In this document: positions 38,419 to 48,595 of the stretch, piece after piece
Position numbering within the stretch: position 1 is the stretch's first letter
How the letters are laid out: each line of letters begins with the position of its first letter
Source of the DNA: Albugo candida
Taxonomy: Eukaryota
Length of the DNA: 64,000 nucleotides
NCBI GenBank assembly: GCA_040437565.1
Contig: JBDOQK010000004.1
Span: 806,001 to 870,000 of the forward strand
Direction: 5' to 3'
Position numbers and translations under genes: made by a program
The notes under the pieces: generated by a model
Told to the model about the DNA's origin: nothing
Seen by the model: only the letters and a program-made list of their open reading frames with translations
The model's database searches: none

Positions 38419-39465
38419 ATGACACCTTTTCCGCGTTTCCTATCACTTGTCCTCTGTTTTGTCTCCATGCAGACTCTGGCGCAGACTCGCTCCGTGCAGG
38501 ATCAAGTCAAAGCCCTTTTGGCGTATATGGAGCAAACAGCGCAGCATTTGCATCGACAGGCGGGCTCGCTCGCACATACGATCCATCAGCATGAATTACG
38601 AAACATCTCACACAAAAGCATTCCCACGTACCTTCCAAGTCGATTCTCCGTTCAGGCTGTGAAATCGCCTGTCGATGAAGCCGCTCAGCTTGTCGCTCGA
38701 CTGGCAAATGACTCGAATGAACCCACAAAAGAGTTTCTCAATGACGTACAGGCTCGAGTCAATGCTCTCGTCAGCACGTCGGCATCTCAGGCGATCACAC
38801 TCAAAGAAGAATTTGGATCAGGATCCGCAGCGCAAGGCGCTCGTGACGAGGTTGACGCTCAAGTCGCAAGTTGGGAAGCTGATCTGCAGGAACAAGTCGC
38901 TGGGATTATCGATTCCGCTCGATCTCGTGCGGAGAATATCAGTCAAGAAATGGAAGTGGATGGTGGAAACCAAACAGGCTCGAATGTGTCGGGAAAAGCA
39001 CAGACTGCGATCGTTACCATTGCCGATTGGTACGGTGATCTCCAGTCATCAGTCTCGAGCTTCACCGGCGAGTTTCAAGACCGAGCTGGAAGTCTTCGCA
39101 GTGAGCTCGAGGCTATTGGCGAGAAGACCGCATCGGGTTCATCGTGGGGCACATCGAGCTGGTTGGAGGATGTCACTTTGGCAGCATCGAATGTGAGCGA
39201 TTCCATCGGATCCAATGCTATCGAAGGTTTTTTACCAAATGTGACAGCTGCGATCAATGAGACGTATCCATTGGCATCGAATGTATCGGAAAGTATCAAA
39301 TCCGCAGCGAAAGAATTGAACGGAAGAATTCGCAAAGTCATTGAAAATGATACGGATCCAACGCCTCGCGCCGATGAGATATTTCGAACTTCTAAAAGCA
39401 TAAAAGTCGGCAAAGGCTTTTCTATTGTGACGTTACTACTCAGTTGTACGTTTTTGTTTGTGTAA
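38419..39465 (+). CDS. Secreted, probably GPI-anchored S/A-rich helical surface protein
   Basis: Signal peptide MTPFPRFLSLVLCFVSMQTLA; GSGS/SGS linkers; several NxS/T sequons; hydrophobic C-terminal tail FSIVTLLLSCTFLFV. Confidence 0.75.
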   Translation: MTPFPRFLSLVLCFVSMQTLAQTRSVQDQVKALLAYMEQTAQHLHRQAGSLAHTIHQHELRNISHKSIPTYLPSRFSVQAVKSPVDEAAQLVARLANDSNEPTKEFLNDVQARVNALVSTSASQAITLKEEFGSGSAAQGARDEVDAQVASWEADLQEQVAGIIDSARSRAENISQEMEVDGGNQTGSNVSGKAQTAIVTIADWYGDLQSSVSSFTGEFQDRAGSLRSELEAIGEKTASGSSWGTSSWLEDVTLAASNVSDSIGSNAIEGFLPNVTAAINETYPLASNVSESIKSAAKELNGRIRKVIENDTDPTPRADEIFRTSKSIKVGKGFSIVTLLLSCTFLFV

Positions 39466-39485
39466 ATGGCATAGGAATTGAACGG

Positions 39486-40085
39486 TTAAAAGGAATCTTC
39501 TTCGCTCGCGTCTTCAGAGAAATACTCCAATTCCTCGGATTCGATCTCTTCCTCGCTTTCCATTCCCTCCGTCTCTTTTGGCTCCTCTTCTCCCTTTGGC
39601 TCCTCTTCTCCCTTTGACTCTTCTTCTCCCTTTGGCTCCTCTGCTCCCTTTGACTCTTCTTCTCCCTTTGACTCCTCTGCTCCCTTTGACTCCTCTGCTC
39701 CCTTTGGGTCGTCGGGCTGTGGCTCCTTTGGGTCGTTGGCGGCGGAGGCGTTCGGATCGGCGCCTTCGATTCCGTTGTGTCCCGAATTCTCAATCAAACG
39801 ATTGAGAAGAGAACGTAATTGCATTTGATTCACAATCGCTGGCGATAGAAATCGATTGTTATCTTTTACCAATTGCTCAAACACTTTGTCAATCGAACAG
39901 CTTTTCGTAAGCATCGGAAGTTCCATTACGTGTAATCTTCGTATTGTATGCGCATTTGTCGCTCCATTTTCCGCGTACACATAAAACGATGTCTGTGAAT
40001 CGCTTTCAATAGTCAATTTCTCCTCATATTCGAGCGCCAGCGTCGGAATTGGCGCATATTTGAGCCCAAAACGACGCGGGAGCAT
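39486..40085 (-). CDS. CEP19: CEP19-like centriolar protein with acidic repeat tail
   Basis: PRRFGLKYAPIPTLALEYE...RRLHVMEL...EQL...QLRSLLNRL resembles the recalled CEP19 N-domain; ATG at 40085. Confidence 0.65.
   Translation of the reverse strand: MLPRRFGLKYAPIPTLALEYEEKLTIESDSQTSFYVYAENGATNAHTIRRLHVMELPMLTKSCSIDKVFEQLVKDNNRFLSPAIVNQMQLRSLLNRLIENSGHNGIEGADPNASAANDPKEPQPDDPKGAEESKGAEESKGEEESKGAEEPKGEEESKGEEEPKGEEEPKETEGMESEEEIESEELEYFSEDASEEDSF
39577..39702. repeat. Coding minisatellite, 7 x 18 bp, encoding KG(A/E)EE(S/P) on the minus strand
   Basis: Units tttg(g/a)ctc(c/t)tct(t/g)ctccc read directly from the sequence. Confidence 0.95.
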
Positions 40086-40096
40086 TGCTATTTTCA

Positions 40097-41406
40097 ATGG
40101 AAATGACGACTTCTTACGCTTCTTGGAACAACTACGACGTCGATAAAGAGCTTCTTCACATGGACACGCGTTTGGAGGAAGAAGAACGCGTCGGGAAATG
40201 CGTCAAAGCTGAAGAAAAGCTTCTTTTCGACCAAAATCGCGCGTTAGAAAATGTTCGGAATCCGGCGGATGCATTGGCATCGAAAATTGCGGTCGCGATT
40301 TTGAAGCTAAAAAATGGAAATTGCAGCGAGAAACAGCGCGAAATCGACGCAATGCGAGAAAGAGAACGATTTCTCAGACGTAAAGCGTTTCTGTACACTC
40401 AAATCGCTGAAAATCGGTCGGATGCAAAGACAATGGAAAAGCCTCACTCGGCGATTGTCCATTTCCGTCGCGCAATAAAAGCGCTGAACGATCTCAGCGA
40501 AATGAAAGAGACTTCCGATGAAACACATCTGTTCCGATCGCTGTCCATTGCGCTCCATTTCGATATTGGAAGCTGTGAAATGGCACTTGAGCACTATGCG
40601 GAAGCCTCGGAAGCCTTCAAGAAAGTATTGCTCCAAGATGATACAAACCTCCAAGCCTGGCGATATCGAGGACAAGCGTTTGAGCGCATGGGTACGTTCC
40701 ATCTCTAGCCATTCCGTCTCTGAATCCGTGCGCAGGTGTACCTCTGCTGGCAATGCTCCATTGGGAGCGAGTTGGCGTATTGGTACGCTTTTCATCACTT
40801 TGAGGTGTGCTCATTGACGTGTCCATTTTCTGGTAGGAACCGAATGCTCTGAATAAAGAAACGCTTCATCGAGTGATTGACCAAGCGATTTATTCCAACT
40901 GCGGAATAGAGGAGCCACAAGAGGATTCTGTATCGTCGACAGAGTATGCCCGACGTTTGTATTCGTGTCTCAAGGAAGGAGAGGTCTTGCAGTCTGAGGA
41001 ATTCCATCTCGCTTCCATCCAAAGATTTCAAAAAGCATTGACATTGTTGAGCAAATTTGATCGTTGTGGAGAGATTCTGTCGACCCAACTCGCTATTTCG
41101 TGTCATTTGAACGCAATTTCGGGCTATTTGGCAATGCAGCGAAGCTATACGACAGCTTTGAACCATTGCCAGGAAGCACTCCAATTGGATCCCCAAAGTC
41201 CCATAACACACTTTCGAACAGCACAGACGTATCAGCGACTTTATCACTTTGCTTTGGCGATGAAACATTTCACTCTTTGCAGGGAATTCGACACGCAACA
41301 CGCGTACACCGACAGTATTCGTACTGAAATGAGCAGATGTGAGTATGAGCGTTCTCAGTACGATTTGGAGAGTATTCGGTCGGCTGAAGAGGATGTGAGT
41401 CACTGA
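40097..41406 (+). CDS. TPR-repeat protein, multi-exon, with an N-terminal SPAG1/RPAP3-like motif
   Basis: SYASWNNYDVDKEL; TPR units (HYAEASEAFKKVLLQDDTNLQAWRYRGQAF; YTTALNHCQEALQLDPQSPITHFRTAQTY). Confidence 0.75.
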
Positions 41407-41534
41407 TAGTCTCAATGAAGGATGCAGACGCACCCTCACTGCGTGCAAATTGGTACTAATACTTTGCGTCTATGCAATGCGTAAAAACAAAGCTAAAGTG
41501 CTGCTATCGAGTCTTTGGATAATGACAGCGCAAA

Positions 41535-42564
41535 TCACAGTTTCTTGTTGAGTTCCTTGATATCCATTGCATTGGACTGTCTCTTGTTCTTTAAGAAATT
41601 CCGTCGGAGTTCCTCTATCCATACAGCGCGTTAGTGACAGTAACAGAGTTATACGATCGAAAAGACTAACCGTATCGCGCTCGTTTGCGGTCGTTTTGAG
41701 AGGCTGAGGGCTTCATATCCTTTTCCAAAAGACCTCTGAGACGGTGGAGGTCGTGGATACACCTGTGAAGCGATCCCACGCGTTCTGAAAGCAAATTCGC
41801 ATCGGCGGATTTTCTCAATTCGGCGATTTGTGCTGCTTTTGATTCGAATTCTTGCATCATTGTGACGTTGGATTTGATTTTATGCGTTTCCGATTCGATT
41901 GCGAGCTTTTTTGCCTTTAAAACGGACAATTTCTGATGTAAAAGTGCGATTTCATGCTTTAGAGTTTGTTCATTTTTATCCCTTTCAAATTGGCTCTGCT
42001 TCTTTTCGATGGGCGGTATCGCATTGGAATCGATAGCTTTGCAAAGATGTTCGATATCGTCTTGTAATTCTTTCGGGAAATGCACAATATTGCGTCTTGT
42101 ATAGCGCTCCAATTTGGCGAAATTCTTGCGGAAAACATATTCGACTTGTTCCATGTACAAGGCTGCACACTAATGTAGGATGGTGTAGAATGTTACANNN
42201 NNNNNNNNNNNNNNNNNNNNNNNNNNNNNNNNNNNNNNNNNNNNNNNNNNNNNNNNNNNNNNNNNNNNNNNNNNNNNNNNNNNNNNNNNNNNNNNNNTAA
42301 GGATATTCAATGGACGTACTTTGCTGACAACATTGAGCTGTGTTGCTTGTTTTTTCTTATCTCCGCACGATTGTAATTTCTACAGAGGTATTCGTTACGC
42401 AAAACAGTCACATGCGACAGGTAGAGTATTCGTACTTGATGCAAAGCGTTTTCGATCTCTCCACGAGTTATTCCCAAGTTTAGCAGCAGCTTTTCATTGA
42501 CTTGTGTAGTGAAACGGATATTCATCAATGGAAGGGTCATCCCCAGTACGCGTTCACTTACCAT
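41535..42564 (-). CDS. MIS12: MIS12-like kinetochore protein; multi-exon, spans a gap
   Basis: FRKNFAKLERYTRRNIVHFP resembles the Mis12 motif (FDKxExYxxRNIFxIP) and is followed by a coiled coil. Last exon predicted ...KELNKKL*. Confidence 0.6.
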
Positions 42565-42775
42565 CCTTCAAAAACGCAGGAAGAAAAGGACAAATCGCAT
42601 CTGTTTGGGCCATCCTTCCAACTGCAGCTATGAGACATAACGCTACTTAACCGCTGATAACGGATCTGTTAGGTTTACTCTATCAGTTAGGTCGGTTAGG
42701 GTGCACCACGACGCATGAGCGTACGTTTTTATCGCTTCTTTTCATTCGTGCTACACTATTCCCACGACATTCTCA

Positions 42776-44164
42776 ATGTCTACACAGGATTCATGGAAAG
42801 CATCGCTCTACCAGTGCGTGCAGCGAATACGAAACTCTCCGGAAGATTGGACCGAACGGCGTGAAGCCCTTTTACAGCTAAATTGCTTGTTCGATACATT
42901 ACGTCTCGAAAACAAATCTCAGTCACTACCAAACGACATTTGGAACGAATTAAAATGTCTTAAAATCTGTATCCACGATTTGCGCTCTCAAATCGTTAAG
43001 GAAGTTTGTAACTTGTTAGTGACAATCGCTCACACGACACGCGACACAATGGCGCCTTTTATGCGAGAAATGCTACCGGCTTTATTGGAAGTCTGCGGAA
43101 GTGGAAACAAACTCTGTGGATCCTACTGCACCGCCTCTGTGTACTCGATTGTGTCATGCACAAGTGTCCGAAGTGGAAACCTCAAGTTTCTCGTCGATAC
43201 ATTGGAAGAAAACAAAAATAAATCAATTCGATTATGCTGTATCAAGAGCCTTCGACTCAATCTCGCGACGTGGAGTGCACATTTGGATCGCTCCGATATC
43301 TATCTGATTGAAAAAGCGGTTCGAAATTCACTAAATGATGCCTCAGAAACATGTCGAACAGAAGCGTACACGCTCTTTAGCGTCTTCCAACAAAAGTTTC
43401 CAAAAAAAGCGCAAACACTCTTTTCGCTTTTGGATTATAAAATTCAATTTCGATTGGAAAACCTAAAGGAAGATCACACTACCGACTTGATTTATGTACG
43501 TCTACACTAACGCTCAATTTTGGATTCAAACTTCCTTGATTAGAGTGAGCAAAGAACACCAAGTGAGTCGCAAGATCGCTTAGAAGTACAATCGTGCTCT
43601 CTGTCCATTGGCGATCGCGTCTGCGTCCCTGCCAGCGAGCTCTTTGGCTATGTGCGATATATAGGACCAATCGACGACACAAAAGGCGTTTGGATCGGAA
43701 TTGAATTGGATGAAGCATGCGGAAAGAATGATGGTACCGTCAAAGGAAAACGCTATTTCAACTGCAAGTCAGACCACGGCATCTTCACTCGTCAACGACA
43801 AGTGATTCTGACGATGAAAGCGCACGCAGGCCAAAAGGATGAACTTTCCGAAGACTTTATCGAGGCAGAGGCACAGCCGAATTCGGCGTCTTCCATCGCA
43901 TCGATCGACCTCGAAGGACCGCTTCATCCTGTGCTTCGTAATATATTTTCAGATCATCGATCTCATATTGAAAATTGCGTCAACATCATCCGTTCCGAGC
44001 TGATTGAGCATCATCGGTTCGAACAAGTCGCAGCCACCGCGAGCTCAGCGGATGCGATCGCATTTCTACAACAGCTTCAGCACAATGCTCAAGAAAAAAT
44101 CAAATTGTCCGATGCGTTTATTCAAAGACTCATTGAGGCTCAGTTACAGGCTCGAAAAAGTTGA
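42776..44164 (+). CDS. TOG/CLASP_N + CAP-Gly microtubule-binding protein; two exons
   Basis: DWTERREAL, DLRSQIVKEVC and DASETCRTEA (CLASP_N HEAT repeats); GVWIGIELDEACGKNDGTVKGKRYF (CAP-Gly). Confidence 0.88.
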
Positions 44165-44167
44165 ACC

Positions 44168-45226
44168 TTACCGACACGATGCGATTTGGAATTCACGTAA
44201 TGCTTCCATTTGTTTGGTCAATACAGTCCATTGATGTGCGTGTGTGAGAGCGTCAGGAAAAAATCCAAACTTTTTTTTTACTTCAGCATTCACAACCTGA
44301 AGGTATCGATTCACTTGGTTTATGATCGTCTGCAGCGAATTGCCCATTTCCGCATGCGCACACGAAATTTGACGAGTGGTATGACGCAAAAGTGCAGTCT
44401 CCTTTTCCAATGTATCGTTTTTGCATTGCAACTCTTTCATTTGTTTTGTGGCTTTGGCAGATTCCAACTCGTATACGTGATACTTCTTCTCAAACAATCC
44501 GATTTTTTCTTGGAATCCAGCAAGTCTATCGATTTTCTCCTGCATTTCAACCTGCAGCTCTTCCTGACTGAATCTCCTTAGCCACGCAAGACACTTTGTG
44601 GACAGGGATTCCATTGATACCTATTCGGAAAAACGTCGTCAATGCTCATCGAATTTATCCATTCAGCTTTAATCGTCTACCGATGACGTCTCTGTGTGTA
44701 TTGGAGCCTCTATGCGATCGCATCGCACATTTGAAAGCATTTCTTCAATCTCAATCAATTGCTCCAAATGCGATCCAAAACAGTTTTCCAGCGTTTCATT
44801 CTCAAATGCAGCCACTTGGTAACACGCTTCCCAATACTTTGCATCCAATTCGCATTGTTGATTTCGTTTGGCGAGCTGGGTCTCCATTTTTTGTCCTCGT
44901 TTTCGAGCGCTTTGTGCATCGATTTCCAGCGTCAAACGTTTCAACAAACACTGTTCCAGCGCCTCGAGTCGTTTCTTCATACTTCGCGCTTGCTCCAGCT
45001 GTTTTTTCGCACGATTTCGCATTGGTGCGACGCTTGTGAGATGGTCCAAAGCCTTTTGCTTCCATTCCAAAAGTTGATCGATTTCGCGCGTTAAAGTGTC
45101 ATTTTGCGCGCTACGAAGCGCATTTAATTGCTCCAAAGTGAAAACTTTGGCTTCCAATTCGCTGAGACGTTTGCGCAGTCGCATTTCGATCGCATCATTG
45201 CGTTTTTTTGCTTTAGGAAGCGGCAT
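44168..45226 (-). CDS. Hypothetical coiled-coil protein; two exons
   Basis: ORFs 44669..45226 and 44168..44614 are both coiled-coil-like and separated by an intron-sized gap. Confidence 0.6.
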
Positions 45227-45286
45227 CGACGCGTTTTTTCAAAGAGACATAACGGATGCGAAAATAGTGTATTACTCAAAATAAGG

Positions 45287-45530
45287 CTATTTGGACTCCT
45301 TTGCTGCTTTGTAGGCGCCACTTTGATGCACGTTCACTTTGATGGGTTTATCGAGTGCTTCCAATTCGCTCAAGTCGTCCTACATTGCACAAGATTGAAT
45401 AGGGATAGGATAGATTAGACAGATGGTTCACCTTTTGCATTTGGTGGACGGTATATGCGAAAATACCGAACGCGAAAGCGCCCAAGGAACCGCCAAGAAT
45501 CAAATTCTTACTGCGTATTGTTAACGTCAT
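45287..45530 (-). CDS. COA3: Cytochrome c oxidase assembly factor 3-like (63 aa; exons 45432..45530 and 45287..45379)
   Basis: RSKNLILGGSLGAFAFGIFAYTVHQMQK|DDLSEL matches the COA3/CCDC56 pattern; clean phase-0 intron. Confidence 0.75.
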
Positions 45531-45665
45531 GATTGGTTATTATTCTACTTGAATATGCATCCTGGTCTAGTGTGGACGCGCATTAATTCGTGATACACCA
45601 AAATTGATGTGTATGATTAACACTAACTAAGCACACCAGTGATTGGATCGCACAATTTTTTAACG

Positions 45666-47359
45666 ATGCAACAGGTCTGATACTAAACGCTTTTTCTCTC
45701 TCCTCTTTGACTGACAATTCCGTACTTAAGGGGCTTCTCGATCCTGAGTCGCAGATTGAAAAGGGCGAAAATGCTCGCATGTCCTCTTTTGTAGGTGCCA
45801 TAGCGATCGCTGACATGGTCAAAACCACACTTGGACCAAAAGGAATGGATAAAATCTTACAGCCGATCGGTGGAAATGATAGCAGCATCTCCGTCACAAA
45901 CGATGGCGCAACAATTCTACGCTCGATCTACGTCGATAATGCTGCAGCGAAAGTGTTGGTCGATATCGCAAAGATACAAGATGATGAAGTTGGTGACGGC
46001 ACCACAAGTGTTGCTGTTTTGTGTGGGGAACTACTCCGTGAAGCTGAAAAACTAATTGATCAGCGTATCCATCCGCAAACAATCATTGAAGGATGGCGAA
46101 TCGCGCTCGAAACAGCACACGACGCGCTCAAAGCAAACACTTTTGACCACGGGAATGATCCTATAAAGTTTCGGGAGGACTTGGTGAACATTGCGAAAAC
46201 AACATTAAGTTCGAAATTACTGACTCAAGAAAAAGAGCATTTTGGTATGTCATCTATATATTATATCGCAGGAATATAAACTCTGACAGTTTGAACAGCG
46301 GAATTAGCAGTTGATGCGGTGCTCCGATTAAAAGGGTCCAATAATTTAGACTACATCCAAATCATCAAGAAACAAGGTGGCGCTTTGAAAGACTCGTATT
46401 TGGATGATGGCTTCCTTTTGGACAAAAAGATTGGAATCGGACAGCCGCGAAGAATTGAAAATGCGAAAATCTTGATTGCGAACACGGGAATGGATACGGA
46501 CAAAATCAAGATATACGGCGCTCGTGTCAAGGTCGATTCAATGGATAAGGTCTCTGCCATCGAAGATGCCGAAAAAAAACGTATGAAGCAAAAATGTGAG
46601 AAAATTGCGGCATTTGGAATTAATTGCTTTATCAATCGACAATTAATTTACAACTATCCCGAGCAAATCTTTACCGCGAAAGGAATTATGGCAATCGAAC
46701 ACGCCGATTTCGACGGTATTGAGCGTTTGGCTGCTGTTTTAGGTGGTGAGATTGTGTCCACATTTGATCATCCCGAGCAAGTTGCGCTTGGCGAATGCAA
46801 ACTGATTGAAGAAGTTCTCATCGGCGAAGATCGCCTGATCCGATTTTCCGGTGTAAAAACAGGCCAAGCTTGCAGTGTGATCCTCCGTGGAGCTAGTATT
46901 CACGTTCTGGATGAAGCAGAACGATCTCTCCATGACGCCTTGGCCGTCCTGACGCAAACTGTGCAGCACACACAGACGATTATGGGCGGTGGATGTACAG
47001 AAATTCTGATGGCTCAAGCGATTGATTCACGCGCGGTATCGATTCCTGGAAAGAAAGCACTCGCTATGGAAGCGTTTGCGCGCGCATTACGCACTCTTCC
47101 CGCCATTCTCTCCGATAACGGAGGCTTTGATAGCGCGGAACTGGTGACACAATTACGCGCCGCACATCACAATGGGAAAAGTACGGCGGGTTTGAATCTG
47201 ATGAACGGAAATATCGATGATATGGAAACCCTCGGAATACGTGAAGCCTTTCGAAGCAAAAAACAGGTTTTATTCTCAGCGGCAGAAGCGGCGGAAATGA
47301 TTCTCCGCGTGGATGATATCATTAAGTGCGCGCCCCGGAAACGATCAGGTCGTAATTGA
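45666..47359 (+). CDS. CCT2: T-complex protein 1 subunit beta; three exons
   Basis: [70 protein letters not shown]. Confidence 0.97.
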
Positions 47360-47912
47360 TTGGGTGTAATTCGGGATTGAATTGTAGTATTATTCAATCA
47401 GATTGCTTACAATGATGATTCGTTAATGATTGGATGAAACAGGTTGTTGGACATTTCTGTTTTGATATTGATGCTGTGATATTACCTTGCGTCGATTGCT
47501 GAGAAACATATTTTCTGTCATGATTTTGTCCAATAATGATACAGATTCCGCGGAATAGCCAGTCCGCGATTATCGTGTTTGAAAGTACAAAGAACACAGT
47601 CAGATTATATGTATATTACATTGCATAATGTATGTCGTAAACATCCAACAAATGTGAAGAAATGATGATGTAATTTACCACAAAACGTGACACATCGTTT
47701 GTCGTGCTCGAATATCGTCTTTGTTTTCTGATTAGCAACATTACATGGACGGCGAGTAATGAGTTCTTTCGATCGATGGTGCTCTTCAGTACGTAAAGAT
47801 GGGCTTGCGATGGAAAAGACGGGGCCTGTTTTATAAATCAGAAGGTGTACACCCGCACTCATATCCATTAATCCCTCATTCCTTAATCGCTTTGCATCGA
47901 TCCGTTTAGAAA

Positions 47913-48380
47913 ATGCATCCGACCAAGTCCTCCTTCCCGTTGAATTGCATTCAAACAAGTGTAATCGACGCACGGAAAGACGCACGTCATACAGAGTATG
48001 GAATTCGAGTGTACTTTAACCTTTCCGGAAAGGAAAAAGTTGTCTATCGTCGCTTCTCTGCCTTCCTACAACTCCAACATCTCGCTCAACGCCATTTTCA
48101 GGACAGAGCGTATTGCTGCGGTGGCGATCGTAATTGCTTGTTAACAAAGTTTTTAGAACCGTTATTTGAAAATACTGAGTTTCCAAAATTACATGGCGCT
48201 GTATTCGGTAAAAATTCAAGAGCGGTCGTCCGCGTTCGACTTCATTTTCTCAATTCTTTTTTGATTCAATTGGAAGAAGCGTTATGCAAAATTCCACCGG
48301 GGATCATCACTCGATGTGAGAATGAGGGATGCAAGATGACAAAGCTAATCAAGAGCTTTTATGGACATGTCGATTTGTAG
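47913..48380 (+). CDS. Small PX (phox homology) domain protein
   Basis: TEYGIRV..VVYRRFSAFLQL..FPKL..VVRVRLHFLNSFL pattern. Confidence 0.75.
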   Translation: MHPTKSSFPLNCIQTSVIDARKDARHTEYGIRVYFNLSGKEKVVYRRFSAFLQLQHLAQRHFQDRAYCCGGDRNCLLTKFLEPLFENTEFPKLHGAVFGKNSRAVVRVRLHFLNSFLIQLEEALCKIPPGIITRCENEGCKMTKLIKSFYGHVDL

Positions 48381-48595
48381 ACAGGTCTTTTTGCCGCAGC
48401 CACTTTGTTGTTGTTTAGAAAGCTTCGGATCGAACGAAGCAATTTGTGCATACATTATATAAAAGAATATAACGTAAAAATACTTTCCTAACCCTGGGTG
48501 TAACCCGTACCCACCACTAGTGGTTACGACTTTCCTTACCGAATGTCCACACGATGCGCCCGACTCGACGATGAGTGCAATTTTAGAGGAGTAGG

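Noticed and set aside
38419-39465. RxLR or CRN effector candidacy of the secreted ORFs (also 24293..24958)
   Set aside because: No RxLR-dEER or LxLFLAK motif is seen after the signal peptides.
39440-39805. Alternative-frame ORFs with QREKKS / LLPLAP repeats; possible CRISPR-like array
   Set aside because: Shadow frames of the 18-bp coding minisatellite; there are no spacers and the context is eukaryotic.
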